The notes under the pieces were generated by a model. The model saw only the letters and a program-made list of their open reading frames with translations, was not told where the DNA came from and did no database searches. Source: a virus (Duplodnaviria; Heunggongvirae; Uroviricota; Caudoviricetes; Crassvirales). Taken from it: a stretch of 64,000 bases of DNA. This document shows, piece after piece, positions 9,823 through 19,008 of the stretch. The stretch is taken from positions 1-64,000 of the IMG/VR virus record IMGVR_UViG_3300035698_016817; one strand, 5' to 3'. Within the stretch, counting starts at the first letter, position 1. Every line of letters starts with the position of its first letter. Position numbers and translations under genes: made by a program.

Positions 9823-10242
9823 ATTGAAGGACAAGAAGAACTTAACGGTTCAAAAGAAGTAAAAATGAGAGATCTTTCTACCTGCGAGGTAGTAAGCGAA
9901 GTGACAACCCGAATGATTCTTGCGGATCTTGGTGAAGGATTAACCAGAGACGAGATTGCTCTGAAATATGCTTACAAAGATCGTTTATCAGGAGAAGTGA
10001 AGGAATTTGAGAAATGGATGGTTGACATTCTTTTCAAAGATCCTGCGCTTAAAAACAAGCGTCCAGCTGCGAAAAGAAAGGTTCTTCCTTTCTTGTTCAA
10101 GTCTACTTTTCTTGAAGAAGAAGTTCAGTCGGTAGAGGAGAATGTTCTTCCTAATTTTCCAGTAGATGAAGAAGCTTCTGACGATTCAGAAGATGAAGCT
10201 TTTGATAATTCAGAAGACGAACCAATTGTTATCAATTCGTAA
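9820..10242 (+). CDS. hypothetical protein with strongly acidic C-terminal tail
   Basis: C-terminus DEEASDDSEDEAFDNSEDEP. TAATG coupling to the next gene. Confidence 0.45.
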   Translation: MIEGQEELNGSKEVKMRDLSTCEVVSEVTTRMILADLGEGLTRDEIALKYAYKDRLSGEVKEFEKWMVDILFKDPALKNKRPAAKRKVLPFLFKSTFLEEEVQSVEENVLPNFPVDEEASDDSEDEAFDNSEDEPIVINS

Positions 10243-11105
10243 TGGCTATTGAAGCCAATTCATCGGACAAAGCCGTAATCGAAGCTGGAGTGAAACACTT
10301 CACTGGAATTGCGCCTTTTCATGTGCTACTGGTCAACCCTACGTTGGCTCAGTTACACGCGGAAGGAATTATGCTTCAACAGGAGCCTAATTACAAAGAC
10401 CCGTTCAAAGACGGGAAAGCAAACAAGATTACTTTTTGGCTCGGAAACGATGTCGTAAAAGTGCCTATGGAGCTTTTCGTTAATCCTGGAGCCTGGAAGG
10501 CCAAGAAGAACGACAAAGTGAAATGGATGAATAAAATTGGTCAAGACATGTGGTCTGAAGTTCAAGCGAATGGAAAACCTAACCCTGATGACTTCAAAGA
10601 ATGGCACAAAGAGAGAGAGTCTTTCTTTCAGTGCCCAAGAGGTATTGACGACTTGATCAAGTTTATTCAAGCTTGGGCAAATGTTGCAACTGATGGAATA
10701 GTTGAACTGGACACAGTTGAAGCTATTTCTAACGGCAACGTTGCTGAATTGAAAGAGATGCTTGGTGTCTTCAAAAACAACCGAGTACGTGTACTTGTCT
10801 CAATCAGAGACGAGAAGTATCCTACTGTTTACACAAGATACTTTGGTAGAATCAATCCAGAAAGCAACGCTGGCTTCACAAAAGCCATCAACGCAGACTA
10901 TGGAGATCCTAAGGGAGAATATTCTATCGAGTGGAAAGAGTTTAAAGCGGGAGTACACACACCAGATGCTCTGGCTGATGGTGGATCTGCTAGTGGTGAA
11001 GACAACGGTTGGATGAATGCAGACGGTGACGATGAAGATGCAGAAGCAGGAGATGAAATTGCTGGGATCAATCCAGATGACATCGATGATGACCTTCCTT
11101 TCTAG
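10242..11105 (+). CDS. single-stranded DNA-binding protein-like (acidic DDDLPF C-terminal tail)
   Basis: C-terminus DDIDDDLPF mirrors the bacterial SSB partner-recruiting tail DDDIPF, and a Gly/Asp-rich linker precedes it. Confidence 0.5.
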   Translation: MAIEANSSDKAVIEAGVKHFTGIAPFHVLLVNPTLAQLHAEGIMLQQEPNYKDPFKDGKANKITFWLGNDVVKVPMELFVNPGAWKAKKNDKVKWMNKIGQDMWSEVQANGKPNPDDFKEWHKERESFFQCPRGIDDLIKFIQAWANVATDGIVELDTVEAISNGNVAELKEMLGVFKNNRVRVLVSIRDEKYPTVYTRYFGRINPESNAGFTKAINADYGDPKGEYSIEWKEFKAGVHTPDALADGGSASGEDNGWMNADGDDEDAEAGDEIAGINPDDIDDDLPF

Positions 11106-11126
11106 GAGGGGTTAGTTTTACAAACA

Positions 11127-11162
11127 AAGGGGCGTTAATTGATTTTAACGCCCCTTTTTAAT
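11127..11162 (+). terminator. rho-independent terminator
   Basis: AAAGGGGCGTTAA-ttgatt-TTAACGCCCCTTTTT. Confidence 0.75.
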
Positions 11163-11170
11163 TAGAAATC

Positions 11171-11569
11171 ATGACAAAGGATCAAGCAGAAGACATATTT
11201 AAAAACGCTTCCTTACAGAAGCCAGGTGAAGAAATTACTTATTTAGAAAGTTACGCGTTTGGATTAGGTATTAACTCTCGTAGAGAAATGATTATGTCAA
11301 TAGCAGTTGGTAGCGTTGTCGTTTTTAGGGTTATTTGTGAGATTCCAATTAGACTTGTTCTGGACGCTGACAAGGTTGCATTAACAGCTTACAGAGACAA
11401 AATGAGATGGGAGTTTGTAATCTCAATAGTAGCGGCCGGAGTTCGTAAATTAACTTTTACAGAAGAAAAAACTCTGGATTCAATTAAACCGAAAGAAGAT
11501 GATAGAGAGCCGAAACGAATCAGTAAACCTATCGTTATGCCAAATCAGATTATACCTTTCAGATTTTGA
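11171..11569 (+). CDS. hypothetical protein (132 aa)
   Basis: ORF whose 3' end overlaps the next ORF in another frame. Confidence 0.4.
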   Translation: MTKDQAEDIFKNASLQKPGEEITYLESYAFGLGINSRREMIMSIAVGSVVVFRVICEIPIRLVLDADKVALTAYRDKMRWEFVISIVAAGVRKLTFTEEKTLDSIKPKEDDREPKRISKPIVMPNQIIPFRF

Positions 11570-12470
11570 TATTTTCAAAAAGTATTGCGTGCCTTTTTCA
11601 AAAGAAGGAAAGAAGTTTAGTTCTGAATTAAGAGACGATCCTAAGCCTTCAGCGATGATCTCACAAAGAGGTGAAAAGTTGAGGTACATAGATTTTGGAT
11701 ATTCTGAGCATAGATTTGACTCAATTAGCTACGTGCAATACAAGTTTAATCTTGGCTTTATGGATGTTCTTAAGCTCATAGATCATGACTTTGCTCTTGG
11801 TCTGGGGAAAGGAACAGTACAGATGAAGAAAAGGTTTGTTGAAAGCAGGCCAAAACAAGTACCTAAAATTAAGACCGTGATACAGATAAAGGCTAGGCCC
11901 CTGACAAGATTAGATATGGAGTTTTGGGGTCAATACCATATCACCAAAGAGACGCTAAGTATGTATCACGTGGTTCCTATTAGCTACTTCTGGATTAATG
12001 GTCAAAGATTTAAAGCAGACCTGTTGGCTTACGCTTATTGTGAATACGGAAACAGAATTAAGATTTATCAACCTTTAAGCGATAGAAAATGGTTTTCAAA
12101 CGTAAACACACACGACATTCAAGGCCTATACGAGCTGCCAGTGATGGGTTCGAAAGTTATTTTGACCTCTTCCTTAAAAGATGTAATGGCTTTATCGGAA
12201 TCTACTATCCACGCTTGTGCGCTACAGTCAGAGATGATGATGCCTCACCCGAAAGCGATAAAGCTTCTTCAAAGGAAGTTTAAAGAGGTTGTCGTTTTGT
12301 ATGATAACGATTACGATAAGGACAAGAATCCTGGTCAAACAATGGCTCTTAAGATATGCGAAAAGTATAATCTTAGAAACATAGTAATACCTGAAAGATT
12401 TCAATCAAAAGATCCTTCAGATTTAATACTCACTCACGGCCCATACGTGGCCTATAATTTATTCAAATGA
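11499..12470 (+). CDS. DnaG-family primase-like protein (Toprim domain); the real start may be the ATG near 11654
   Basis: Toprim DxD motif VVVLYDNDYDKDKNPGQ and the preceding strand VILTSSLKDVMAL. No zinc-finger seen. N-terminal 70 nt overlaps the previous ORF. Confidence 0.5.
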   Translation: MIESRNESVNLSLCQIRLYLSDFDIFKKYCVPFSKEGKKFSSELRDDPKPSAMISQRGEKLRYIDFGYSEHRFDSISYVQYKFNLGFMDVLKLIDHDFALGLGKGTVQMKKRFVESRPKQVPKIKTVIQIKARPLTRLDMEFWGQYHITKETLSMYHVVPISYFWINGQRFKADLLAYAYCEYGNRIKIYQPLSDRKWFSNVNTHDIQGLYELPVMGSKVILTSSLKDVMALSESTIHACALQSEMMMPHPKAIKLLQRKFKEVVVLYDNDYDKDKNPGQTMALKICEKYNLRNIVIPERFQSKDPSDLILTHGPYVAYNLFK

Positions 12471-12769
12471 AAGACACATTATATTTTCACGGTAAAACCC
12501 AAGAAGGCAGGGCTTTTACGATTGCAGGAGAGTTTAACAACGAAGGCCTTAAGCTTGGAATAGCTCTTTGCAGCAAGAAAGATCAGCTTTACAAGAAGCT
12601 AGGTCGCAAGATTGCTAAAGGAAGAATGGAGTACAACTCAAAAGGTCAAGTAACTATAACTGGTTATTACCCAATTGAGAAAGAACGAATTGCTGTTTTT
12701 AGAGAAGTGATTGTCAAGCATTTTAACGCGAAGAAAGTAAGAGCTATTCGAATTCTCTTTCAATTGTAA
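12467..12769 (+). CDS. hypothetical protein (100 aa)
   Basis: ORF with ATGA coupling to the primase-like gene. Confidence 0.45.
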   Translation: MKDTLYFHGKTQEGRAFTIAGEFNNEGLKLGIALCSKKDQLYKKLGRKIAKGRMEYNSKGQVTITGYYPIEKERIAVFREVIVKHFNAKKVRAIRILFQL

Positions 12770-12965
12770 TGCACACTCAACAAGAAGGCGGTAACTAAAA
12801 GAAGCCACACATCATGATAGAACTAATACAAGAATTTCACTGCTTTAGCGAAGAAATAAAACTCGCATTTATCTGCTTTTCCTCTGCGCTTGGTCTTGGC
12901 CTTATTTACGCCACGATTGAAATTTCGTCAGTGTTTTTCAGGTCTATTGCTAAAATCATACGGGG

Positions 12966-13406
12966 ATGATTGGATTCAAAAAGAAAGGAAAGTCTCATAC
13001 AAAAGCAGTTAAGACTGTAGTTGATGGGATTCAATTTCAATCGAAATTAGAAGTTTACGTTTACCACGCTTTGAAAGCAGCAAAGATTCCTGCTGATTAT
13101 GAGAAGCATTCCTACGTTTTGATCCAGGGTTTTAAATCTGGTATTGAAACGTGGACGAAATGGAAAGGGGTTTACAGAGGTAGATTCAATAAAGTCCAAC
13201 CGATTACCTACAAGCCGGATTTTGTTTGTCCGACAGAACAATGGGTAATAGAAGTTAAAGGAAGAAAATTTCCAAGCTTCATGATGAGATGGAAATTGTT
13301 TCTCAGGCACTTAACAATGCGAGAGATGAACACAACCGTCTATTTAGTTTCTAGTGAAAAAGAAGCTAAAGAAGCAATTATTGACATTCAGAAATATTTT
13401 AAATGA
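12966..13406 (+). CDS. PD-(D/E)xK nuclease, DUF1064-like (resolvase-like small endonuclease)
   Basis: Pattern FQSKLEvyvYhaLK ... YKPDFVCP ... WVIEVKG matches the D ... E-x-K core of DUF1064/Vsr-like phage nucleases. Stop overlaps the GHKL ATPase start. Confidence 0.55.
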   Translation: MIGFKKKGKSHTKAVKTVVDGIQFQSKLEVYVYHALKAAKIPADYEKHSYVLIQGFKSGIETWTKWKGVYRGRFNKVQPITYKPDFVCPTEQWVIEVKGRKFPSFMMRWKLFLRHLTMREMNTTVYLVSSEKEAKEAIIDIQKYFK

Positions 13407-16123
13407 GCATAAAACAAATTGATACTCATGATGGAAAAGTGAAAGGTGTAGCAAAAAGACTTGACTCAGGTTCTGAGAAAATGATTTACGACATCCTTCA
13501 AAAGTCACAATACTCTACTCCTATACCTTCAACGGTAAGGGAGCTAGTGACTAACGCTTGCGATGCGCAACGTGAAAAAGAGATTGCAATTGATATCCTG
13601 AGCGGTAAAGCAAAGGAAGAAGACTATTACATTCGGAGGGATGGAGACGCTTACAGGTCTTCTAATTTCGATAAAGAGTACTATGATTTCAATTGGCTTG
13701 ACAAGACCATAAATCATGTTGAGATTCAATACATTAAGAATCATGGTACTGGATTTTGTGACACGTTTAAAGTCATAGATTTTGGCGTTGGTATAGGGCC
13801 TAAAAGGCTAGAAGGAATGATTTCTTTGGGTTATTCAACCAAGAGGAATACTTCTGAAGGCTTTGGTGCTTTTGGATTGGGAGCTAAAGTTGCTTTGTCA
13901 ACTAACGTTCCTTATTACACGGTTGACACGGTTTATAATGGAAAAAGGTTTTTGATAGAGTGTTCTTCATACACTACAAAGTCTAAAGTTGGAAAGTTTG
14001 ATCACGCGGGAACTGAAAGAAAATTCATCTTAATTGATGATGAAAAATTCTTTTATGAAGACGTCACAGAATTGAATCACACAATTGTAAGCTTTGGAGT
14101 TAAAAGGCATAACAGAACCGCTTTTCAGGAGGCAATTGAGGAACAATTAATTTACATTCCTGGCGTAACCTTGACCAAAATTGACACGGAGAAGAACCCA
14201 CCATCTAAAGAAAGTTCTAAGATTGAAGTTCCTACGCTGTACAATTCGAGGTCATTGGTCTTAAGCCAAGACACTGTATTTAGTAAGCCTCACATCGTTA
14301 TAGTTAAGAACTCTACTGATAAAGCCGGTATCAATTATGGGCCTGTTGACTTCAAGGAATTGGAGATGCAGGAAATGTTCGGTTCTATTGGTTTTAAATG
14401 TCCAATGCGGCAGACTTATAGAGACGATGATGGAGTTGAGCATGTAGTTCAAGAAGGAGTTTCAGTAACTCCGTCTAGGGAAAAAGTAATATGGGATGAT
14501 CCTACAAAAGCGTTTATTCAAACGGTAATTAAGTTAGCCGGAACTGAAGCCACAGCCATAGTTGAGAATGAGTTGTCTACGGAGACAGATTTCCTTGAGT
14601 GGATAAACAAGTGTCGCGAGACCTTCTCAAGAAAAGGTCATGCTTCAGTCCTCGGACGATTATCAAATATTATTGACTTGACGTCATTATCGCCAAAGTT
14701 TGGAACAAGTAAGTTCATTCGATACACTCATTTTTCAAAGATGTTTCCTGGGATTGTATTCGAGAAGATTACTGGGTATCACGGCAAAAAGCCAAAGAGA
14801 ACAGTTGTTGATTCTTGGGGTGAAATAGCTTCGCTATCAAACTTGTACGAGAAGGACGCCAATTACTCTCCAGCTAAAGACATTTATCTTTGTGTAACGA
14901 GAGGCTTAGGTTCCTTTATCACAGTGAAGCCGGTGTATCCTGAGGATGAAGCTGAATTTAACGAGCTTAATCTTTTCACTGAGGAAGAGAAAGAAGCTGC
15001 AGTAGCTAAAACCAAAGAAATTTGGTCTTACATCAAGAAAAGCAAAGCCCTTAAAAGTTACGCTGAAATTGAAGTTCCTAAAGAAGCTAAAGAAGCAATT
15101 GAGAAAGAGATTGAAGACGTTGAAGAAAAGGAAGTTGACAATCTTTCTCCTTCAGAAAGACGTAAATTAGAAAGTCGAGAAGTTGGCTACACTGTACGTT
15201 TAGATCAAAGCAAGGTGCATTCTAGTGTCAAAGCTGTTAGAGATGAGCCTTGGGTTCTGGATAAAGTAGAACCGAAAAGAATCGATTTGCTTTACACGAC
15301 CAAAGAGCTTTACTACGCTACAAGTGATGACAAAGAGCGGCTATTTGATGTAGGCCGAATGATTGAAGGTTTGATGCCCACTTCGCTTGAAGTTTACGGT
15401 CATAATAGAAACTATATGAGAAAAGAGCCATCGATGTTTGGCATCAGTAGTTCGATTCATTATCGAAATTCTAAAGATCAGTTGATTAATGTTAATGCAT
15501 TTAAAGATAAGCCTCAGTTTATCCAGATACGCAGAGATTTAGTCAAGAAGATTCCTGCTGCTTCAGAAATGATGCACATTGATGATTTCACGCTAACTAG
15601 AACACCGGAAGATGCTTACACGACACACCCGATGCTAGTACATGCTTTCACAGCTAGGATGATTGGTGAAGATTGGGCTATCAAATTTGGAAAGTTCATG
15701 GCTCACTTTAAACAAGTTGACAAGCAGATGTATGACAAATACATTAAGCTAGAAAATTACATGAAGCCTTTTCGTGACAGGAAGGGCATCACGCAAGACA
15801 CTAGCCTTACAAAAGAGCTTGACAAGTTGTGGCAATTTCAGCAATTTTGCATGTTCCATGATGAGAAAGAGATCAAGATTAGAAGCATGCAAGACTTTGT
15901 TCTTTGCGATGTGAAAGGAGCTATTGTGGTTGATATGGAATTCCTGAATCTTTACAAAGAATTGATGGATTATGCGGAAGGAGTTTCCGGATTACTTAAT
16001 ATGTTACCAGATGAAGTTTATACTGACAGCTTAGCTGTTGTAGAGATTCAAAGGTTTTTAAAAGCCTCGGACAGAAGTAATTGGAAGTGGGACGACCCTG
16101 TAAATTCCGTACCTTCAGAGTAA
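13403..16123 (+). CDS. GHKL-superfamily (Bergerat-fold) ATPase, 906 aa, Hsp90/MORC-like motif pattern
   Basis: N-box ELVTNACDA, G1 box VIDFGVGIG, G2 box GAFGLGAKVA in the first 160 aa. Long C-terminal extension with an EAKEAIEKEIEDVEEKE coiled segment. Confidence 0.7.
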   Translation: MSIKQIDTHDGKVKGVAKRLDSGSEKMIYDILQKSQYSTPIPSTVRELVTNACDAQREKEIAIDILSGKAKEEDYYIRRDGDAYRSSNFDKEYYDFNWLDKTINHVEIQYIKNHGTGFCDTFKVIDFGVGIGPKRLEGMISLGYSTKRNTSEGFGAFGLGAKVALSTNVPYYTVDTVYNGKRFLIECSSYTTKSKVGKFDHAGTERKFILIDDEKFFYEDVTELNHTIVSFGVKRHNRTAFQEAIEEQLIYIPGVTLTKIDTEKNPPSKESSKIEVPTLYNSRSLVLSQDTVFSKPHIVIVKNSTDKAGINYGPVDFKELEMQEMFGSIGFKCPMRQTYRDDDGVEHVVQEGVSVTPSREKVIWDDPTKAFIQTVIKLAGTEATAIVENELSTETDFLEWINKCRETFSRKGHASVLGRLSNIIDLTSLSPKFGTSKFIRYTHFSKMFPGIVFEKITGYHGKKPKRTVVDSWGEIASLSNLYEKDANYSPAKDIYLCVTRGLGSFITVKPVYPEDEAEFNELNLFTEEEKEAAVAKTKEIWSYIKKSKALKSYAEIEVPKEAKEAIEKEIEDVEEKEVDNLSPSERRKLESREVGYTVRLDQSKVHSSVKAVRDEPWVLDKVEPKRIDLLYTTKELYYATSDDKERLFDVGRMIEGLMPTSLEVYGHNRNYMRKEPSMFGISSSIHYRNSKDQLINVNAFKDKPQFIQIRRDLVKKIPAASEMMHIDDFTLTRTPEDAYTTHPMLVHAFTARMIGEDWAIKFGKFMAHFKQVDKQMYDKYIKLENYMKPFRDRKGITQDTSLTKELDKLWQFQQFCMFHDEKEIKIRSMQDFVLCDVKGAIVVDMEFLNLYKELMDYAEGVSGLLNMLPDEVYTDSLAVVEIQRFLKASDRSNWKWDDPVNSVPSE

Positions 16124-16128
16124 GAAAA

Positions 16129-16172
16129 AATTATAAACAAACAAATTATAAACAAACAAATACACGACTATG
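16129..16172 (+). promoter_or_regulatory. conserved start-proximal element with tandem ATTATAAACAAACAA duplication (site 3 of 3)
   Basis: AATTATAAACAAACAAATTATAAACAAACAAATACACGACTATG. Confidence 0.45.
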
Positions 16173-17345
16173 ATAACGATAAATGTTATTGATAAAATGA
16201 TCGTTGGCAGTATTGGTGAAGAGGGGTTTTCAATTCCTTACACTAAAGAGCGATACGATACCCTTGATGGTTTCGAGGAGGAGTTGGCAAAATGCGCAAC
16301 TCCAGAGGAATACAATAAAGTTTTGGCCAAGGCTAAGCAACTTTGTGCGGAAGTAACCGAGGGCATGATTGAGACAGAATGTGAATTCATTACTGTTGAT
16401 CCTAAGACTCACAAATACTTCTTGAAGTACAACAAGGTTATTTCAGACATTGCGATGCCTCAAGCGCTTGTTGATCGAATTTTGGAATCTGTAGACAAAG
16501 ATCTTCCTTTCCTTCCTCTTGTTAAGATGTGGGTACGTTTTCTTCGTAACCCTAACTTGAGAAAGAAAAACAAGGGAGGGAAGTTTGCAAAGAAATTTTT
16601 CAATTTCATTAACATTACTTACGTCAACCCAGAGTTGAAAGCTAAGTTGATGGAAGAAGGTGGTTTTAACGATGAAGTTGCTTCTAAACGTGCGACTATG
16701 TATCAAATGAAAATCACCAAGGAAGGGTTGCTAAACGGGTACAAAGTATCTTGTGAGGTAATGCACAAGTTTGAAGCTGATTCAAATGGTCAACCTCAAA
16801 GAGTTGATCGTTACTTACGTACGTTTGATGTAAACACTGGGAAGATTACTGGAACAGGTTTGCCTGACACCGTTGAAGAACGTTTGTTTGAGCCTGCTAT
16901 TCAGGGTCAGTCTGGAGATGCGTTTTCTTGTTCTGGTCAGCACGGTTTTCCTGCTGATGGACACTTCATCAAAGTTGGTTGTCTTCACGCTCTTGATAGC
17001 TGGGACAAAGTAAACATTGATGACAGCAAAAGCTGTGTTCCTGGTCTTCACGTTGGAGGCTTGAACTACATTGATGGTATCCGTGGAGAAATCCACAGCG
17101 TATTTATTGACCCAATGCATGTTGGGGCTGTTCCAGATGATTCAATAGGAGCGCTTCGTTGTAAGCAATACTTTGTACATGGGTCTCTTGCTGGTGTAAA
17201 TGGAAGCATTTACCACAGTTCAGATTACGCTTCAACAACTGATGCTGAATGGAAATCAATGCTTTCTGAAGCTATTTTGTTGAAAAACGAAGAGCTTAAA
17301 AAAGCAGAGCAAGGTTTAGACAACTTGAAAGCGCTTACTTCATAA
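16170..17345 (+). CDS. hypothetical protein (391 aa), His/Cys-rich C-terminal half
   Basis: ORF preceded by a tandem ATTATAAACAAACAA repeat and the ACACGACTATG motif, and followed by a terminator. Confidence 0.5.
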   Translation: MITINVIDKMIVGSIGEEGFSIPYTKERYDTLDGFEEELAKCATPEEYNKVLAKAKQLCAEVTEGMIETECEFITVDPKTHKYFLKYNKVISDIAMPQALVDRILESVDKDLPFLPLVKMWVRFLRNPNLRKKNKGGKFAKKFFNFINITYVNPELKAKLMEEGGFNDEVASKRATMYQMKITKEGLLNGYKVSCEVMHKFEADSNGQPQRVDRYLRTFDVNTGKITGTGLPDTVEERLFEPAIQGQSGDAFSCSGQHGFPADGHFIKVGCLHALDSWDKVNIDDSKSCVPGLHVGGLNYIDGIRGEIHSVFIDPMHVGAVPDDSIGALRCKQYFVHGSLAGVNGSIYHSSDYASTTDAEWKSMLSEAILLKNEELKKAEQGLDNLKALTS

Positions 17346-17365
17346 GTAGGTTCTATTACGGTTTT

Positions 17366-17405
17366 AAAGGGTGTAAGGGTCAAATCTTACACCCTTTTCT
17401 ATTTA
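17366..17405 (+). terminator. rho-independent terminator
   Basis: AAGGGTGTAAG-ggtcaaat-CTTACACCCTTTTCTATTT. Confidence 0.7.
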
Positions 17406-17420
17406 TTTAAAAAGAAGAAG

Positions 17421-18248
17421 ATGTTATCAATTCAAGAGAGAGGGCAGTTACATCTTATAGACAGATCGCTGTTTATGAGAGACTCTCCAATTGTTGCTTT
17501 GATAGACGCTGATAGCTTGATTTATATGTCTATGGTTAAAAACACAACCTATGAAGACGCTATATTAAAGCTTGACACTGACATGTGTAATTTATTGAAC
17601 AAGTTAAAGGTCAATAAGTACATCGCGTTTACTACGCCAAGGATGCATTTTAGGAGAGGCATTGCAAAAACAAAACCTTACAAAGGCAATAGATCTGGCA
17701 GATTAACGCCGCCTATGTTTTACGCGGTTGAAGCTTATGCAAAGCAAGAATGGGGATTCAACCCCATATTGGGAATTGAAGCAGATGATGCCGTGGGCAT
17801 ATATCAAACTAGACTTAGAAATGAAGGTGTTGACACTATCATTTGTAGTCCAGATAAAGATGTAGTCAAGCAGACTCCAGGTCGGCACTGGAATTATTTT
17901 AAGAAAGAGTGGGTTAATACTACTTCAGAAGAAGCTTGGCAATTTCTTTGGGAGCAAGCAGCAACTGGAGATAGTGTTGATCAAATACCGGGAATTCACG
18001 GAGTAGGAGCAAAGACAATGGAGAAAGCTTTTCTTAAAGTAAGAAAAGAAGATTATCCTATACGTGTTTTGCAAATGTACATTGAGAAAAGAGGAGAGAA
18101 AGAGAGCATAAAAAATGCTATTGATAGATTCAAGGAAACTTTTGATTTAGTTTACATGCTGAATGATGAGTCTGAGGCCAATAAACTTGGCATTCAAATC
18201 CCTGATACTAAAGTTCTCGACATCCAGGACATATACAATGAGCAATGA
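17421..18248 (+). CDS. FEN-family 5'-3' exonuclease / flap endonuclease (phage RNase H-like)
   Basis: PIN-domain motifs ALIDADSLIY and GIEADDAVG. H3TH motif IPGIHGVGAKTMEKAF. Confidence 0.8.
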   Translation: MLSIQERGQLHLIDRSLFMRDSPIVALIDADSLIYMSMVKNTTYEDAILKLDTDMCNLLNKLKVNKYIAFTTPRMHFRRGIAKTKPYKGNRSGRLTPPMFYAVEAYAKQEWGFNPILGIEADDAVGIYQTRLRNEGVDTIICSPDKDVVKQTPGRHWNYFKKEWVNTTSEEAWQFLWEQAATGDSVDQIPGIHGVGAKTMEKAFLKVRKEDYPIRVLQMYIEKRGEKESIKNAIDRFKETFDLVYMLNDESEANKLGIQIPDTKVLDIQDIYNEQ

Positions 18249-19008
18249 CCCGGTTATTACAGTAAAAGATCCCTTAACAGTTTTAGTATCTAATGCTCAA
18301 GACGTAAGGAAAGAAGAAGACGAGAATGGTGAGATCGTCAGTCTGGAGATACCAGATGTTCCCACTGTCAAGCTTGGCAACAAATTGATTATTGGGAGGT
18401 TTAAGCAAACTTTTAGAGTAAACAAAATCGTGTTAAAGGAAGGTATTGTTCCTCCTGTATACGAATTGAAAATTGCTTTAAGAACTAAAGCCTCTTTATT
18501 TATACTCCCTATGTTGCCAGGGGCGAAATATCGATATTACTATGACGACTTATTGTTAAACGCGTTTATTGCAACGCCAGAACACGAAGACGTTGTAGCG
18601 CTCCTTTATAGGTGGAGCGGAATTAAAGGTTTCTCTGAAATGGAGAAAGCCTTTACACAGCTAAACATATTTGTAAAGCATTACGACCCAGACAAAAAGA
18701 CAACTCTTTACGTTTTTAAGGTGCCAGAAAAGCACATTTCTGACTTCATTAAGTTTAAAGAAGGAAAGTACTCGGAGATTTCCGAAACATACAAACGTAG
18801 GATCCTTAGTTTTCATAATGTAGATAGGGAAAATGTTCTTGGCAAAATCCTTTACAAGGACAAGTCTAGAATGATGGAGCTTAAAGAAAAGTTCTGGAGT
18901 AGTGACGATAGAAGGATGAATAAGGTAGTTGACTTAATGGATGCTGAGCTATATAGCATTCCAAACTTAACTACAGAGACTTTTGATCCACACGTTTATC
19001 GTTTATGA
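18238..19008 (+). CDS. hypothetical protein (start trimmed to ATG at 18238; track ORF begins 18163)
   Basis: ORF. The upstream part of the track ORF overlaps the FEN gene, and the first in-frame ATG lying right at the FEN stop is MSNDPVITV. Confidence 0.5.
   Translation: MSNDPVITVKDPLTVLVSNAQDVRKEEDENGEIVSLEIPDVPTVKLGNKLIIGRFKQTFRVNKIVLKEGIVPPVYELKIALRTKASLFILPMLPGAKYRYYYDDLLLNAFIATPEHEDVVALLYRWSGIKGFSEMEKAFTQLNIFVKHYDPDKKTTLYVFKVPEKHISDFIKFKEGKYSEISETYKRRILSFHNVDRENVLGKILYKDKSRMMELKEKFWSSDDRRMNKVVDLMDAELYSIPNLTTETFDPHVYRL

Noticed and set aside
12141-12160. GGGTTCGAAAG tRNA T-arm-like string.
   Set aside because: Lies in-frame inside the primase-like CDS with no flanking acceptor or anticodon stem. 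No convincing tRNA was found in the few intergenic gaps.
13403-16123. Possibility that the GHKL ATPase is a GyrB / T4 gp39-like type II topoisomerase subunit.
   Set aside because: No Toprim EGDSA or PLRGK motifs were found downstream of the ATPase domain. A DDDG at about aa 345 is not embedded in Toprim context. The G2 box is patterned like Hsp90/MORC.
16153-16172. Resemblance of ATACACGACTAT to the T7 promoter core TAATACGACTCACTATA.
   Set aside because: Only a 6-nt ACGACT identity. No single-subunit T7-type RNAP gene was seen in the window, so it is probably coincidental. The motif is still reported as a phage-specific element.
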